Assembly (NCBI GenBank): GCA_012103395.1
Contig: WLWV01000003.1
Location: 1 to 39,295, forward strand
DNA from: Gammaproteobacteria bacterium
Lineage (GTDB): Bacteria; Pseudomonadota; Gammaproteobacteria; Arenicellales; Poriferihabitantaceae
Direction of reading: 5' to 3'
DNA length: 39,295 nt
Part shown: positions 9,165 to 21,957 of the stretch, one piece after another
Layout: each line of letters opens with the position of its first letter
Position numbering within the stretch: position 1 is the stretch's first letter
The notes under the pieces: model-generated
The model's input: the letters and a program-made list of their open reading frames with translations, nothing else
The model's database searches: none
What the model was told of the DNA's origin: nothing
Translations under genes and position numbers: made by a program

Positions 9165-9747
9165 GGTGGTTGATGATATTGCAGTGCAAGACACGGAAAA
9201 AGCTGAAGAGCCAACTAACAAACGGTGGTATGTTGTGCAAGCGTTTTCTGGATACGAAAAGCATGTAAAAAAGGCAATTCATGAGCATATTGAAAGAGCT
9301 GGCATGGAAGCTCTTTTCGGAGAAATTCTTGTTCCTACTGAAGAAGTAGTAGAGATGAGGGGCGGCCAGAAAAGAACAAGTGAGCGCAAATTTTTCCCTG
9401 GATACGTGTTGGTTAATATGGAGATGACTGACGAAAGCTGGCATCTAATCAAAGGCGTGCCCCGGGTTGCTGGTTTTATTGGCGGGACCGAAAACCGACC
9501 TATGCCGATAAAGGACAAGGAAGCGCAGGAGATTATTCAGCAGGTCTCCGATAGTGTAGACAAACCAAAAATGAAGTTTACGTTTGCCCCTGGAGAAATT
9601 ATACGGATTGTAGATGGGCCTTTTCAAGACTTTAATGGAACCGTTGAGGACGCCAATTTTGAGAAGTCCAAATTGCGAGTGTCAGTGACGATTTTTGGTC
9701 GTTCAACTCCTGTAGAGTTAGATTTTACACAAGTCGAAAAAGGTTAG
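9157..9747 (+). CDS. nusG: Transcription termination/antitermination factor NusG
   Basis: [20 protein letters not shown] and KOW domain [10 protein letters not shown]…[10 protein letters not shown]. The GTG start is somewhat uncertain. Confidence 0.97.
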   Translation: MVEVVDDIAVQDTEKAEEPTNKRWYVVQAFSGYEKHVKKAIHEHIERAGMEALFGEILVPTEEVVEMRGGQKRTSERKFFPGYVLVNMEMTDESWHLIKGVPRVAGFIGGTENRPMPIKDKEAQEIIQQVSDSVDKPKMKFTFAPGEIIRIVDGPFQDFNGTVEDANFEKSKLRVSVTIFGRSTPVELDFTQVEKG

Positions 9748-9768
9748 TTTTCTTTTTCAGTATTAACC

Positions 9769-9801
9769 GGGGAGCTCTATCCCAATAGGGCGTTTGAACC
9801 C
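9769..9801 (+). promoter_or_regulatory. Putative L1-binding translational operator in the rplK leader
   Basis: GGGGAG-CTCTAT…ATAGGG-CGTTTGAACCC just upstream of the rplK SD (GGAG), resembling the proteobacterial L1 autoregulatory site. Confidence 0.6.
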
Positions 9802-9818
9802 ATTTTGGAGTCAATGTA

Positions 9819-10253
9819 GTGGCAAAAAAAATAGACGCGTATATAAAATTGCAGGTAGCGGCTGGTGAAGCTAAACCCAGTCCACCAGTTGGTCCGGCTT
9901 TGGGTCAGCATGGTGTTAATATCATGGAGTTTTGTAAGGCATTTAATGCAGAAACTCAGGACATGGAAAAAGGCATGCCTGTTCCTGTTGTGATTACAGT
10001 GTACGCAGATAAAAGTTTTACTTATATAAAGAAAACTCCTCCCGCAGCAGTGCTTTTGAAAAAGGCTGCTGGCATTCAAAAAGGAAGTGGTGTTCCCAAT
10101 AAGGACAAGGTTGGCACTGTTACAAGAGAGCAACTAGAGGAAATCGCCAAGATAAAGGAGCCCGATCTGAGTTCTTATGATATGGATAATGCAGTTCGGA
10201 TTATTGCGGGCAGTGCCCGTAGTATGGGTTTAGAGACAGAGGGGGTAAAATAG
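9819..10253 (+). CDS. rplK: 50S ribosomal protein L11
   Basis: [25 protein letters not shown] motif; GTG start. Confidence 0.98.
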   Translation: MAKKIDAYIKLQVAAGEAKPSPPVGPALGQHGVNIMEFCKAFNAETQDMEKGMPVPVVITVYADKSFTYIKKTPPAAVLLKKAAGIQKGSGVPNKDKVGTVTREQLEEIAKIKEPDLSSYDMDNAVRIIAGSARSMGLETEGVK

Positions 10254-10254
10254 T

Positions 10255-10956
10255 ATGGCTAATTCAGGAAAACGCATAAGCGCAGCGGCGGCGAAGGTTG
10301 AACGGGAAAAGCTCTATTCCTTAGCCGGTGCATTTTCATTAGCTAAAGAAATTTCTTCTGCAAAATTTGATGAAACCATTGATGTAGCTATCGCTCTTGG
10401 TGTGAATGCAAGAAAATCGGACCAAAATGTTCGTGGCGCCACGGTTCTGCCTAAAGGCACAGGCAAAATAGTAAGGGTGGCCGTGTTCGCCGATGGTGCA
10501 AATGCGGAAGCTGCAAGAGCTGCCGGAGCCGATATTGTTGGTTTGGATGATCTCGCTGATCAAGTGAAGAAAGGTGAAATTAATTTCGATATTTGTATCG
10601 CCACTCCGGATACGATGCGAGTGGTGGGTCAGTTGGGTCAGATTTTGGGTCCTAGGGGCATTATGCCGAATCCAAAAGTTGGTACTGTTACTACAGATGT
10701 TACGAAAGCAGTGTCAGACGCGAAGTCAGGTCAGGTGCAATTTCGTATTGATAAAGCGGGCATTGTTCATTGCCCAGTGGGTAAAGCTTCTTTCTCTTCG
10801 GAAGATTTGCAGGAGAATCTCAATTCTTTGGTTGTAGCGCTGATTCGGTCGAAACCTGCGTCGGCAAAAGGCCAATATATTCGTCGTGTCTCCGTGTCTA
10901 GCACAATGGGGCCAGGAGTGAAAGTGGATCGTTCGACTATCTCGGCGATCAAGTAA
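10255..10956 (+). CDS. rplA: 50S ribosomal protein L1
   Basis: [22 protein letters not shown] and SSTMGPGV motifs. Confidence 0.98.
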   Translation: MANSGKRISAAAAKVEREKLYSLAGAFSLAKEISSAKFDETIDVAIALGVNARKSDQNVRGATVLPKGTGKIVRVAVFADGANAEAARAAGADIVGLDDLADQVKKGEINFDICIATPDTMRVVGQLGQILGPRGIMPNPKVGTVTTDVTKAVSDAKSGQVQFRIDKAGIVHCPVGKASFSSEDLQENLNSLVVALIRSKPASAKGQYIRRVSVSSTMGPGVKVDRSTISAIK

Positions 10957-10997
10957 GTTTTGGGGTTTCATCCATGTTGTTTGGTATTTCGGATGAG

Positions 10998-11080
10998 ACT
11001 GTCAAAGACCGCGGGTGAGCTTCGCTCTTAAGGGTTTGCAATTCTCTATATATTTTTTGTAAATCGCCAGCGTAGACGGT
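10998..11080 (+). promoter_or_regulatory. L10 leader (L10-L12 autoregulatory RNA)
   Basis: ACTGTC/GACGGT outer stem enclosing AAAGACCGC…GCGTAGAC, the conserved L10-leader motif, upstream of rplJ. Confidence 0.75.
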
Positions 11081-11140
11081 GGCCCGAAGTCAGGAATTCC
11101 CCTGATGCAGGACACCATTTTGTTAAATGGGAGTGTGTTT

Positions 11141-11665
11141 ATGAGCTTAAGTCTTGAGCAGAAAAAAGCTGTCATTAGTGAGGTGTCGGATGCAATTGGG
11201 TCGGCACAAGCTGGTGTTCTGGCTGAGTATCGTGGACTGACAGTTGCACAATTAACCGCATTGCGTAAGGAAGCGAGAAATTCAGGTGTTTGGATTAAGG
11301 TCGTTAAAAATAACCTTGCCCGGCGCGTGATTTCAGGCTCAGACTTTGAATGTCTGTCGGAGCACTTTGTCGGACCCGTCATTTTTTCTGCATCCGAAGA
11401 TCCAGTTGCGGTTGCAAAAGTAATGTCAAAGTTTGCTAAGAATAATGATCGTTTGAAGATCACAGTGGGCGCTATGAATGGTTCCCTGATTGATCTGAAC
11501 ACGATTGAAAGTCTTTCGAAGCTGCCGGGTCGCGATGAGTTGCTTGCCAAATTGATGGGTACTATGAATGCACCCGCTCAGAAATTTGTATCGACACTCA
11601 ACGAAGTGCCTACCAAGTTTGTCCGTGCGCTTTCTGCTGTTGCTGAGGCAAAGCAGGCAGCGTAA
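11141..11665 (+). CDS. rplJ: 50S ribosomal protein L10
   Basis: MSLSLEQKKAVI, EYRGLTVAQLTALRK and VVKNNLA motifs. Start moved to ATG 11141, downstream of SD GGGAG. Confidence 0.97.
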   Translation: MSLSLEQKKAVISEVSDAIGSAQAGVLAEYRGLTVAQLTALRKEARNSGVWIKVVKNNLARRVISGSDFECLSEHFVGPVIFSASEDPVAVAKVMSKFAKNNDRLKITVGAMNGSLIDLNTIESLSKLPGRDELLAKLMGTMNAPAQKFVSTLNEVPTKFVRALSAVAEAKQAA

Positions 11666-11736
11666 GGCCTTTGGGTAATTGTGTACTGTTGTTTAAGTAA
11701 TATTTTTTAGTGTTCCAGCTATCAGGAGTAAATACT

Positions 11737-12117
11737 ATGGCTTTAAGTAAAGAAGAAATCCTCGACGCAATCGCCGAGATGTCAGTGCTCGACCTGTCTG
11801 AATTAATCAAAGATATGGAAGAGAAATTTGGTGTATCAGCTGCAGCGGCAGTTGCAGTCGCAGCTCCGGCTGCCGGCGGTGATGCAGCAGCTGCGGATGA
11901 AGTGAAGGATGAATTTGATGTGATCCTTACTGGCTTCGGTGAAAAGAAGGTGGGCGTTATCAAAATTGTTAGAGCTATCACTGGATTGGGCCTTAAAGAA
12001 GCAAAAGATCTTGTTGAAAGCGCCCCAGCACCGATTAAAGAAGGTGTTTCAAAAGCAGATGCAGAAGAAATGCAACAGCAAATTAAAGACGCTGGCGGTA
12101 CCTCTGAACTTAAATAG
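11737..12117 (+). CDS. rplL: 50S ribosomal protein L7/L12
   Basis: [13 protein letters not shown] and [15 protein letters not shown] motifs. Start moved to ATG 11737, downstream of SD AGGAG. Confidence 0.98.
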   Translation: MALSKEEILDAIAEMSVLDLSELIKDMEEKFGVSAAAAVAVAAPAAGGDAAAADEVKDEFDVILTGFGEKKVGVIKIVRAITGLGLKEAKDLVESAPAPIKEGVSKADAEEMQQQIKDAGGTSELK

Positions 12118-12141
12118 AGTTTCACTCTATCATGGTTTGGT

Positions 12142-12179
12142 GATAGCAGGACGGGCGCCCGCGCCCGCCTTGCTATTTT
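12142..12179 (+). terminator. rplL-rpoB attenuator/terminator hairpin
   Basis: GATAGCAGG-A-CGGGCG / CGCCCG-CCTTGCTATT stem ending in a T-run. The position matches the known rplL-rpoB attenuator. Confidence 0.7.
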
Positions 12180-12341
12180 GCTGTTTAGTAGGATGAGGTT
12201 TGAGTTTGCATTTCTAGCTTGTTGTTTTAACGAATTAGAAATTTGAATTTGATGTTGAAGTAAATCGAAAAACGATATTTTTTGTGCATATCGCTTTTCG
12301 ATTAACACTGTTTTTGGGCGATCTGTACACGAGGACAACTA

Positions 12342-15300
12342 GTGGGCTATTCTTTTACCGAAAAAAAGCGAATCCGTAAGAACTTTAGCAAGCGGTCAGA
12401 TGATTTTAAGGTTCCTTATCTCTTAGCTACACAGAAGAAATCCTACTACCAGTATCTGCAAGCCGACACCCCGCCAGAGCAGCGAATTGATCAAGGTATC
12501 CAAGCTGCCTTTAAATCTGTTTTCCCAATCGAAAGCTATAACGGTAGCGTTATTCTGGATTTTGTTACGTATCGTCTCGAAAAACCAAGATTTGACGTCA
12601 CGGAATGCCAGCAGCGCGGACTGATTTATTCGTGCCCTCTTAGGGTTGTCCTTCGTCTTGTTATTTTTAACAAGAGCGGCAGTGGAAAAAAGCCAAAAGA
12701 TGTAATTGAGCAAGAAGTTTTCTTGGGTGATATGCCTTTGATGACTGATAATGGCACATTCATAATTAACGGCACAGAGCGGGTTATTGTCTCTCAACTG
12801 CACCGTTCCCCTGGTGTAATTTTTGATCATGATGGTGGGAAGACTCACGCTTCACGTAAGCTGTTATTCACCGCTCGCGTCATTCCTTATCGCGGTTCAT
12901 GGTTGGATATGGAGTTTGATCCCAAGGATATGCTCTATATTCGTATTGACCGCCGAAGGAAACTACCAGCAACGATTATCCTCAGAGCGCTTGGATACAG
13001 CACCGAAGAAATACTTTCAATGTTTTTCGAGAATGACACATTTAATCTTGGTGGGAAACTTGCAACTCTAGCTCTTGTTCCTGAGAGACTGCGAGGGCAG
13101 CAACTTGAATTTGACCTGAAGGGTGCCAAGGGTAAAGTATTAGTTGAAGCGGAGAAAAGAATCACTGCTCGTCATATTAAAGAATTAGAAAAATCGGGTA
13201 TCACAAAAATAGAAGTGCCCAAGGAGTTTATTATAGGAAGGACACTTGCCAAAGACATCATTGATAAGTCGACGGGAGAATTACTGGTAGCAGCGAATCA
13301 TGAAATTGTCGAAGAAACCTTAGAAATACTAAATGAGAATAATGTTTCTGAAATTGAAACAATTTATACCAATGACATTGATTGCGGACCATTTATATCT
13401 GACACTTTAAGAATTGATCCTACTTATTCTGGAGAAGAAGCCCAGATTGAGATCTACCGAATGATGCGTCCAGGTGAGCCGCCTACCAAGGAAGCATCAG
13501 CAGCACTATTTGCGAATCTGTTTTTTAATCACGAACGTTATGATCTTTCTGCAGTCGGCCGCATGAAACTCAATCGGCGCTTAGGACGTGAGACCGACGA
13601 AGGCCCTGGAACATTAAGTAAGCAGGATGTCGTTGATGTGATGAAGAAAATCGTGTCGCTAAAAAATGGAAAGGGCGAGATTGATGATATCGATAATCTA
13701 GGTAATCGGCGTGTTAGGTCCGTCGGAGAACTGGTTGAAAACCAATTTCGAATCGGATTGGTTCGTGTGGAACGAGCTGTTAAGGAGCGTTTAAATTTGG
13801 TGGAAAGCGAAAATCTTACCCCCCAAGATTTAATCAACGCGAAGCCCGTTGCTGCGGTTGTTCGGGAGTTTTTTGGTTCGAGTCAGCTCTCTCAGTTTAT
13901 GGACCAAACGAATCCGTTATCGGAAGTAACCCATAAGCGGAGGGTTTCTGCCCTAGGCCCTGGTGGACTAACTCGTGAGCGAGCAGGCTTTGAGGTGCGA
14001 GATGTTCACCCAACCCACTATGGCCGTGTTTGCCCAATCGAGACTCCCGAGGGGCCAAATATTGGACTAATAAATTCGTTAGCTTGTTTTGCCCAGACTA
14101 ACGAATACGGATTTTTAGAAACCCCATATCGAAAAGTCGCTGACGGAAAAGTGACTGATCGGGTTGACTACCTTTCCGCCATCGAGGAGCACAAATACGT
14201 AATTGCCCAAGCTAATGCGGTTTTGGACGCTACTGGTACGTTCACCGACGAATTAGTTTCTTGTCGACACAAAAACGAATTCTCTTTGTCAGCGCCAGAG
14301 CAGATCGACTATATTGATGTTGCGCCGCAGCAGATTGTTTCGGTTGCAGCCTCTCTGGTGCCGTTTCTTGAACACGATGATGCGAATCGAGCGTTGATGG
14401 GAGCAAACATGCAACGTCAAGCAGTGCCTGTTTTACGCAGCGAAAAGCCTTTGGTCGGCACGGGTATGGAGAGAACAGTGGCGGTAGATTCAGGTGTAAC
14501 GGTGGTAGCAAGGCGGGGTGGTATCGTAGATTCTGTGGACGCATCTCGGATTGTTGTGCGTGCGAACGATGATGAGGTCATCGAAAACGAACCGGGGGTA
14601 GATATTTATAACCTTACCAAGTACCAGCGCTCAAACCAGAACACTACTATCAATCAGCGTCCCTTGGTAAAGCTTGGGAATACGGTTTCTAGAGGTGATG
14701 TGCTTGCCGATGGGCCTTCTACTGATATGGGCGAGTTGGCACTTGGTCGCAACGTGCTTATCGCTTTTATGCCTTGGAACGGATACAACTTTGAGGATTC
14801 AATCCTTATTTCAGAAAGGCTAGTTAAAGAAGATGTTTATACCTCAATTCATATTGAAGAGTTGTCCTGTGTGGCACGGGATACCAAGCTAGGCTCCGAG
14901 GAAATCAGTCGCGATATTCCGAATGTTGGAGAGAGTGCTCTGTCTAAGCTCGATGAGTCCGGTATAGTTTATATCGGTGCGGAAGCTCAACCTGGTGACG
15001 TTTTGGTTGGAAAAATTACTCCTAAAGGAGAAACTCAGCTAACACCAGAAGAGAAATTATTGCGCGCAATTTTTGGAGAGAAAGCCTCGGATGTCAAAGA
15101 CACATCTTTGCGCATGCCCGCAGGAATGAAAGGAACAGTAATCGATGTTCAGGTATTTACCAGAGAAGGCTTAGTGAAGGATGCACGGGCAGCGGGCAAT
15201 GATGATGATGATTTGGCATTGGTGCGTAAAGATCTTGATGATCAACTACGCATTGTTGAAGGGGATTCATTCGCTCGAATTGAACGTCTGTTACACAATC

Positions 15301-16421
15301 ATGTGGCTGAAGGCGGACCCAACGGGCTTAAGCCAGGTGATAAAGTCACAAAAGATTATTTGGAGCAGTTATCTCGTAAGGAGTGGTTCGAGATTCGATT
15401 ACGCAATGAGGATGCTAACGAAGCAATAGACAAAATACGCGATCAGCTTGAAGTTCAACGAAAAGAATTCGATCGTCGTTTTGATGAGAAACGGGAAAAA
15501 ATTGAAATGGGCGACGATCTCGCCCCTGGTGTATTGAAAATTGTCAAAGTGTTTGTTGCCGTAAAACGCCGACTTCAACCCGGCGACAAAATGGCGGGTC
15601 GTCATGGCAATAAAGGTGTTATTTCAAAAATTGTTCCGATTGAAGACATGCCATACATGGAAGATGGAACTCCAGTTGATCTTTGTCTAAACCCTTTGGG
15701 AGTTCCTTCTCGAATGAATGTGGGCCAGGTTCTTGAAACTCACTTGGGCTGGGCCGCTAGTAATCTTGGGCATCAAATTGACGACATGCTTCGAAAGAAC
15801 AAAAAGGCGGAACAGGTGCGTAAGTTTTTAGGAAAAATTTATAATACGAGTGGAAAAAAAGAGGCGCTTGATGATTTTAGCGATGAAGAGATTTTTGATT
15901 TGGCGGAAAACCTGAAAAAAGGGGTTCCAATGGCGACACCTGTTTTCGATGGCGCTGAGGAAAAAGAGATCAAGGGTATGTTGAAACTTGCGGGGCTGCC
16001 TGAAAGTGGTCAAACCACACTTTTCGATGGTCGAACAGGAGAAGCGTTTGATAGGCCAGTTACCTGTGGTTACATGTATATCCTAAAGCTGAACCACCTT
16101 GTAGACGACAAAATGCATGCTAGATCTACTGGCCCCTATAGTTTGATTACACAACAGCCGTTGGGCGGTAAAGCACAGTTTGGTGGGCAACGTTTTGGGG
16201 AAATGGAGGTGTGGGCTCTAGAAGCCTATGGCGCGGCATATACGTTGCAGGAAATGTTAACAGTTAAGTCGGACGATGTCGTAGGGCGTTCCAAAATCTA
16301 CGAGAATATTGTTCGAGGTGATCATGGTATGGATGCCGGAATGCCAGAATCTTTTAATGTTCTTGTTAAAGAAATTCGTGCTCTGGGTCTTAATCTCGAG
16401 CTCAAACAAGACGCTATTTGA
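12342..16421 (+). CDS. rpoB: RNA polymerase subunit beta
   Basis: 1359 aa; [25 protein letters not shown] and [13 protein letters not shown] motifs; GTG start. Confidence 0.99.
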   Translation: MGYSFTEKKRIRKNFSKRSDDFKVPYLLATQKKSYYQYLQADTPPEQRIDQGIQAAFKSVFPIESYNGSVILDFVTYRLEKPRFDVTECQQRGLIYSCPLRVVLRLVIFNKSGSGKKPKDVIEQEVFLGDMPLMTDNGTFIINGTERVIVSQLHRSPGVIFDHDGGKTHASRKLLFTARVIPYRGSWLDMEFDPKDMLYIRIDRRRKLPATIILRALGYSTEEILSMFFENDTFNLGGKLATLALVPERLRGQQLEFDLKGAKGKVLVEAEKRITARHIKELEKSGITKIEVPKEFIIGRTLAKDIIDKSTGELLVAANHEIVEETLEILNENNVSEIETIYTNDIDCGPFISDTLRIDPTYSGEEAQIEIYRMMRPGEPPTKEASAALFANLFFNHERYDLSAVGRMKLNRRLGRETDEGPGTLSKQDVVDVMKKIVSLKNGKGEIDDIDNLGNRRVRSVGELVENQFRIGLVRVERAVKERLNLVESENLTPQDLINAKPVAAVVREFFGSSQLSQFMDQTNPLSEVTHKRRVSALGPGGLTRERAGFEVRDVHPTHYGRVCPIETPEGPNIGLINSLACFAQTNEYGFLETPYRKVADGKVTDRVDYLSAIEEHKYVIAQANAVLDATGTFTDELVSCRHKNEFSLSAPEQIDYIDVAPQQIVSVAASLVPFLEHDDANRALMGANMQRQAVPVLRSEKPLVGTGMERTVAVDSGVTVVARRGGIVDSVDASRIVVRANDDEVIENEPGVDIYNLTKYQRSNQNTTINQRPLVKLGNTVSRGDVLADGPSTDMGELALGRNVLIAFMPWNGYNFEDSILISERLVKEDVYTSIHIEELSCVARDTKLGSEEISRDIPNVGESALSKLDESGIVYIGAEAQPGDVLVGKITPKGETQLTPEEKLLRAIFGEKASDVKDTSLRMPAGMKGTVIDVQVFTREGLVKDARAAGNDDDDLALVRKDLDDQLRIVEGDSFARIERLLHNHVAEGGPNGLKPGDKVTKDYLEQLSRKEWFEIRLRNEDANEAIDKIRDQLEVQRKEFDRRFDEKREKIEMGDDLAPGVLKIVKVFVAVKRRLQPGDKMAGRHGNKGVISKIVPIEDMPYMEDGTPVDLCLNPLGVPSRMNVGQVLETHLGWAASNLGHQIDDMLRKNKKAEQVRKFLGKIYNTSGKKEALDDFSDEEIFDLAENLKKGVPMATPVFDGAEEKEIKGMLKLAGLPESGQTTLFDGRTGEAFDRPVTCGYMYILKLNHLVDDKMHARSTGPYSLITQQPLGGKAQFGGQRFGEMEVWALEAYGAAYTLQEMLTVKSDDVVGRSKIYENIVRGDHGMDAGMPESFNVLVKEIRALGLNLELKQDAI

Positions 16422-16454
16422 TTATCAACCGAAAACACACAGAGGCAGCTCAAA

Positions 16455-19400
16455 ATGAGAGATATTTTTAATCTGTTTAAACAGAGTGATACGGTTGAAG
16501 ATTTTGATTCAATTCGTGTCAGTATTGCATCGCCAGAAAAAATTCGGTCTTGGTCCTTCGGTGAAGTCAAAAAGCCTGAAACAATCAATTACAGAACGTT
16601 TCGTCCCGAACGTGATGGTCTGTTTTGTGCAAAGCTATTTGGTCCGGTTAATGACTATGAATGTTTGTGTGGTAAATACAAACGCCTAAAACACCGAGGT
16701 GTTATCTGTGAAAAATGTGGCGTCGAAGTCACGCTATCGAAAGTACGACGAGAGCGTATGGGCCATATCGACCTCGCTGCGCCGTGTGCTCATATCTGGT
16801 TTCTAAAATCATTGCCTTCACGGCTTGGATTGCTATTGGATATGACAGTTAGAGAAATGGAACGGGTTTTGTATTTTGAGGCCTATGTCATCGTTGATCC
16901 AGGTGCCACTGACTTTCAAAGGGGTAGTTTGCTAACAGAAGAATCCTACCTTGATGCAATCGAAACGTTTGGCGATGAATTCGAAGCTGGAATGGGAGCG
17001 GAAGCGATTCGTTCTCTCCTGAGCGAAATTGATTTGGAAGAAGAGGCTTCGCTGTTGCGTGAAGAATTAGATTCAACGAAATCTGAAACGAAAATTAAGA
17101 AGCTAACGAGCCGCTTGAAAGTCGTCGAGGCATTTATCAGTTCTGGAAACAATCCCGCATGGATGATTATGGATGTACTGCCTGTACTGCCGCCGGATCT
17201 TCGCCCGTTGGTTCCGCTAGAAGGTGGACGCTTTGCAACCTCAGACTTGAATGACCTGTATCGCCGGGTGATCAATAGGAATAATCGTCTAAAGCGTTTG
17301 CTTGATTTGAATGCACCTGATCTCATTGTGCGAAATGAAAAAAGAATGTTGCAGGAAGCCGTGGATGCGATGCTTGACAATGGGAGACGCGGAAAAGCTA
17401 TCACCGGTGCGAATAAGCGTCAGTTGAAGTCGATATCAGACATGATAAAAGGCAAGCAAGGGCGATTCCGTCAAAACCTGCTAGGCAAGCGGGTGGATTA
17501 TTCAGGCCGTTCAGTTATCGTGGTAGGTCCTACCCTGAAGCTTCACCAATGTGGTTTGCCAAAAAAAATGGCATTGGAGTTGTTCAAACCCTTTATCTTT
17601 AGCAAGCTGGAGCTTCGGGGCTTAGCGAGCACCATCAAACAGGCTAAGAAAATGGTGGAAATGGAGAGCCCAGAGGTTTGGGATATTCTTGAAGACGTCA
17701 TTCGAGAGCATCCGGTTATGCTTAACAGAGCACCTACACTTCACCGATTGGGTATTCAGGCTTTTGAGCCCGTGTTGATTGAGGGAAAAGCAATCCAACT
17801 ACATCCGCTGGTGTGTACACCTTACAACGCTGATTTCGATGGGGATCAAATGGCTGTGCATGTTCCGCTGAGTATTGAAGCTCAGTTGGAGGCGCGTTCG
17901 TTAATGATGTCTACCAATAATGTTTTATCTCCAGCTAACGGCGAACCCATTATTGTTCCGTCACAGGATATCGTGTTAGGTCTCTATTATATGACTCGAG
18001 AAAGCATTAACGCTATCGGCACTGGGAGCTATTTCTCCGATCTTAACGAATTGCGTCGTGCTTATGAATCACGTCAAGCGCATCTTCATGCGAGAATCAA
18101 GATTCGAATGCCTGCCGTGGATGAAAATGGAGAAGAGAACGGTGAAACCTGCATTCGAGATACCACGGTTGGCAGGGCGCTTCTTTACGAAATCTTGCCT
18201 AAAAAACTAGATTTCAGTTTGGTTGACAGGCCAATGAAAAAGAAGACTATTTCGGAACTAATTGATGTCTCTTATCGTGAGGCAGGTCTGAAAGAAACAG
18301 TAATCTTTGCTGACCAATTGATGTACACCGGATTTAGAATGGCGGCGCTTTCCGGAGTCTCCATCGGTGTTGATGATATGGTTATTCCTGAGAACAAAGC
18401 TAGGATCTTGGATACCGCTCAAAAAGAGGTGGTTGAAATTCAGCAGCAATATAGCGCTGGTCTGCTAACAGATGGTGAAAGATATAATAAGGTTATTGAT
18501 ATCTGGACAAGAACCAGTGAGCAGGTAGCTGATGCAATGATGAACGAATTGGGGGTTGACAAAGTCAGAACCGACGATGGAACCGTTGTTGAGCAGAACT
18601 CTTTCAATTCCATTTACATGATGGCGGATTCTGGTGCTCGAGGCTCGCACGCTCAAATTAGGCAGCTCGCTGGTATGCGCGGTTTAATGGCAAAACCCGA
18701 CGGGTCGATCATTGAAACCCCCATTACTGCGAACTTCCGAGAAGGTTTAAACGTATTACAATACTTTATCTCTACACACGGAGCCCGAAAAGGTTTGGCT
18801 GATACTGCGCTGAAAACGGCGAACTCGGGCTACTTGACTCGGCGTCTTGTTGACGTTTGTCAGGATTTAGTCGTCACCGAAGTCGATTGCGGCACAGTCA
18901 ACGGCCTATCAAGGGAAGCCCAAGTTCAAGGCGGTGAGGTCGTTGTTCCGCTAAAGGATCGTATTCTTGGTCGTTTTGTGACAGAGGATATTATTGACCC
19001 TGTTACCGGGGGGGTGGTTGTAACCAGGGATCAAATGATTAACGAACGGCTGGTCGAGAAAATTGAATCTGCGAATATTCATGAGCTTGTAGTTCGATCT
19101 GCAGTGACTTGCGACACTAGATACGGTGTATGTAAGAAATGCTATGGTCGCGATTTGGGAAGAGGGCATGTCATCAACATCGGAGAGGCAATTGGTGTAG
19201 TGGCTGCTCAGTCGATCGGTGAGCCAGGAACTCAGCTAACTATGCGGACTTTCCACATCGGTGGAGCGGCGTCCGGCTCGTCTGTAATTAGCCAGGTTGA
19301 ACTAAAAAATAGTGGGAGAATTCACTTAAAGGGTGTCAAGCTCGTTAAAAATAGTGAAGGTAAAAGCGTTGTTGTTACTCGATCAAGTGAACTGATCGTA

Positions 19401-20663
19401 CAGGATACCCACGGTCGTGACCGGGAGCGCCACAAGTTACCATATGGTGCCGTCCTGACAATTGAAGAAGCCTCTGAAGTAAATATAGGCGACATTGTTG
19501 CCACTTGGGATCCGCACACTCACCCCATCGTGACAGAGGTTGGTGGAAAGATTGTATTTACTGATATGGTTGAAGGCGTAACCGTGAATATGCAAACTGA
19601 CGATCTTACGGGCAGGAGTACATATGTTGTATTAGATCCTCAGCGTAGAAGAGGAAGCGCTCATGATATTAAGCCAACAATTAGCTTGATCGATCCCGAC
19701 GGAAATCCAGTCAAGATACCGGGCACTGATGTCGATGCTAGATATCAACTACCACCGGACTCTATTGTCATGTTGGAAAATGGCCAGGAAGTTCAAAATG
19801 GTGATGTTTTAGCTAGAATACCTCAAGAATCGTCTAAGACTCGCGATATCACTGGAGGTCTGCCAAGGGTGGCCGAACTATTCGAGGCGAGAAAGCCGAA
19901 GGAACCAGCAATTCTAGCGGAAACTGGTGGCGTCGTGTCTTTTGGTAAAGAAACTAAAAGTAAATACCGTTTGGTTATTACCAGTAAGGACGGGGAATCG
20001 GATGATACACTTATTCCAAAGACTCGCCGAATTAATGTGTTTGAAGGTGAAACTGTGGAGCGAGGGGAGGTAGTTGTGGATGGTCCGCCACTTGCTGCTG
20101 ATATTCTGGCGTATCGGGGTGTGATCGCTCTTGCAGACTACATTGTGAATGAGGTGCAAGATGTCTATCAGCTTCAAGGCGTAAAGATTAATGACAAGCA
20201 CATCGAAGTGATTGTCCGGCAAATGCTAAGAAAGGTTAAAGTAGTTACCATAGGAGACAGTGGGTATCTCCCGGGTGAGCAGGCTGAACGATCCCTTCTC
20301 TTGGACGAGAACGAGAGTCTCGTCAAACAAGGTAAAGAGCCTGCTACTTATGAGCCTGTGTTGTTGGGAATTACTAAGGCATCGCTTACTACAGAATCAT
20401 TTATCTCTGCAGCGTCTTTCCAAGAGACAACTCGAGTTCTGACCAATGCTTCTGTTAATGGCAAGATGGACCGCTTACGTGGCCTCAAAGAGAATGTTAT
20501 CGTGGGTCGCCTTATTCCCGCTGGCACCGGGCTTGCTTTTCATGAAGAGAGAAAGCGTAGTCGGCTTGAAAAGATACAAAAGAAACAGGATCTTGAAGAC
20601 CTGCTGAGTGCGAGTAGTGAAGAGTTTTCTGACGCAGACGAAATCATCGTCTCGGAGAGCTAA
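16455..20663 (+). CDS. rpoC: RNA polymerase subunit beta'
   Basis: 1402 aa; NADFDGDQM catalytic motif and N-terminal Zn finger CLCGKYK…CEKC. Confidence 0.99.
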   Translation: MRDIFNLFKQSDTVEDFDSIRVSIASPEKIRSWSFGEVKKPETINYRTFRPERDGLFCAKLFGPVNDYECLCGKYKRLKHRGVICEKCGVEVTLSKVRRERMGHIDLAAPCAHIWFLKSLPSRLGLLLDMTVREMERVLYFEAYVIVDPGATDFQRGSLLTEESYLDAIETFGDEFEAGMGAEAIRSLLSEIDLEEEASLLREELDSTKSETKIKKLTSRLKVVEAFISSGNNPAWMIMDVLPVLPPDLRPLVPLEGGRFATSDLNDLYRRVINRNNRLKRLLDLNAPDLIVRNEKRMLQEAVDAMLDNGRRGKAITGANKRQLKSISDMIKGKQGRFRQNLLGKRVDYSGRSVIVVGPTLKLHQCGLPKKMALELFKPFIFSKLELRGLASTIKQAKKMVEMESPEVWDILEDVIREHPVMLNRAPTLHRLGIQAFEPVLIEGKAIQLHPLVCTPYNADFDGDQMAVHVPLSIEAQLEARSLMMSTNNVLSPANGEPIIVPSQDIVLGLYYMTRESINAIGTGSYFSDLNELRRAYESRQAHLHARIKIRMPAVDENGEENGETCIRDTTVGRALLYEILPKKLDFSLVDRPMKKKTISELIDVSYREAGLKETVIFADQLMYTGFRMAALSGVSIGVDDMVIPENKARILDTAQKEVVEIQQQYSAGLLTDGERYNKVIDIWTRTSEQVADAMMNELGVDKVRTDDGTVVEQNSFNSIYMMADSGARGSHAQIRQLAGMRGLMAKPDGSIIETPITANFREGLNVLQYFISTHGARKGLADTALKTANSGYLTRRLVDVCQDLVVTEVDCGTVNGLSREAQVQGGEVVVPLKDRILGRFVTEDIIDPVTGGVVVTRDQMINERLVEKIESANIHELVVRSAVTCDTRYGVCKKCYGRDLGRGHVINIGEAIGVVAAQSIGEPGTQLTMRTFHIGGAASGSSVISQVELKNSGRIHLKGVKLVKNSEGKSVVVTRSSELIVQDTHGRDRERHKLPYGAVLTIEEASEVNIGDIVATWDPHTHPIVTEVGGKIVFTDMVEGVTVNMQTDDLTGRSTYVVLDPQRRRGSAHDIKPTISLIDPDGNPVKIPGTDVDARYQLPPDSIVMLENGQEVQNGDVLARIPQESSKTRDITGGLPRVAELFEARKPKEPAILAETGGVVSFGKETKSKYRLVITSKDGESDDTLIPKTRRINVFEGETVERGEVVVDGPPLAADILAYRGVIALADYIVNEVQDVYQLQGVKINDKHIEVIVRQMLRKVKVVTIGDSGYLPGEQAERSLLLDENESLVKQGKEPATYEPVLLGITKASLTTESFISAASFQETTRVLTNASVNGKMDRLRGLKENVIVGRLIPAGTGLAFHEERKRSRLEKIQKKQDLEDLLSASSEEFSDADEIIVSES

Positions 20664-20727
20664 TCTAGCAGTTATATCCGATAGCTTTCCAATCGAATGT
20701 TGAGCGAAGCAATATGTTTGTTATCGC

Positions 20728-20765
20728 TTGACAGGCATTGGCTCAAAGCATAGAATCGCCGCCCC
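20728..20765 (+). promoter_or_regulatory. Near-consensus sigma70 promoter of the str (rpsL) operon
   Basis: TTGACA (20728-20733), 17-nt spacer, TAGAAT (20751-20756), followed by GC-rich discriminator CGCCGCCCC. Confidence 0.85.
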
Positions 20766-20847
20766 GTAGGCCTATTGGGTGAATCGTTGGATTCTCTCTG
20801 TAGCTTGTGCGGAAGTGAAAAAGTTAAACACGAGATAATTTGAACGA

Positions 20848-21222
20848 ATGCCAACACTAAACCAACTGGTTAGAAAATCGCGACAAAAGCAGGTCAAGAA
20901 ATCTAATGTCCCTGCTTTGCAGGCATGTCCTCAAAAACGAGGTGTGTGTACTCGGGTTTATACGACTACGCCAAAAAAGCCAAACTCTGCTTTGCGCAAA
21001 GTGGCTAGGGTCCGGTTAACTAACGGCTTCGAGGTTACCACTTATATCGGTGGTGAGGGTCATAACCTGCAAGAGCACTCGGTGGTGTTGCTGAGAGGGG
21101 GGCGTGTTAAGGATTTGCCCGGTGTTCGATATCATACCGTGCGTGGCGCATTGGACACGTCTGGTGTGTCTGACCGGAGGCAGGGAAGGTCGAAGTATGG
21201 TGCCAAGAGGCCGAAATCTTAG
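20848..21222 (+). CDS. rpsL: 30S ribosomal protein S12
   Basis: [17 protein letters not shown] and [12 protein letters not shown] motifs. Confidence 0.99.
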   Translation: MPTLNQLVRKSRQKQVKKSNVPALQACPQKRGVCTRVYTTTPKKPNSALRKVARVRLTNGFEVTTYIGGEGHNLQEHSVVLLRGGRVKDLPGVRYHTVRGALDTSGVSDRRQGRSKYGAKRPKS

Positions 21223-21386
21223 AGTTCATGTTTGCCCGTTTTCGGGCTTGCTTATTATTATGGGTTGACCCTGTCTTCAAGTTCTGACTCTTTAGGTTGT
21301 TCTTGGATTGGGTGGCTTAAGATTGGCCTTAAGTGCGCTTGTAAGGAGCGGTAACAGAAGCTAACTAATAACCTTATATAAGGTAA

Positions 21387-21917
<531 letters not shown>

Positions 21918-21957
21918 ATTTTTGTATTGCTAACAGACACACCTATTAGATAGTCAC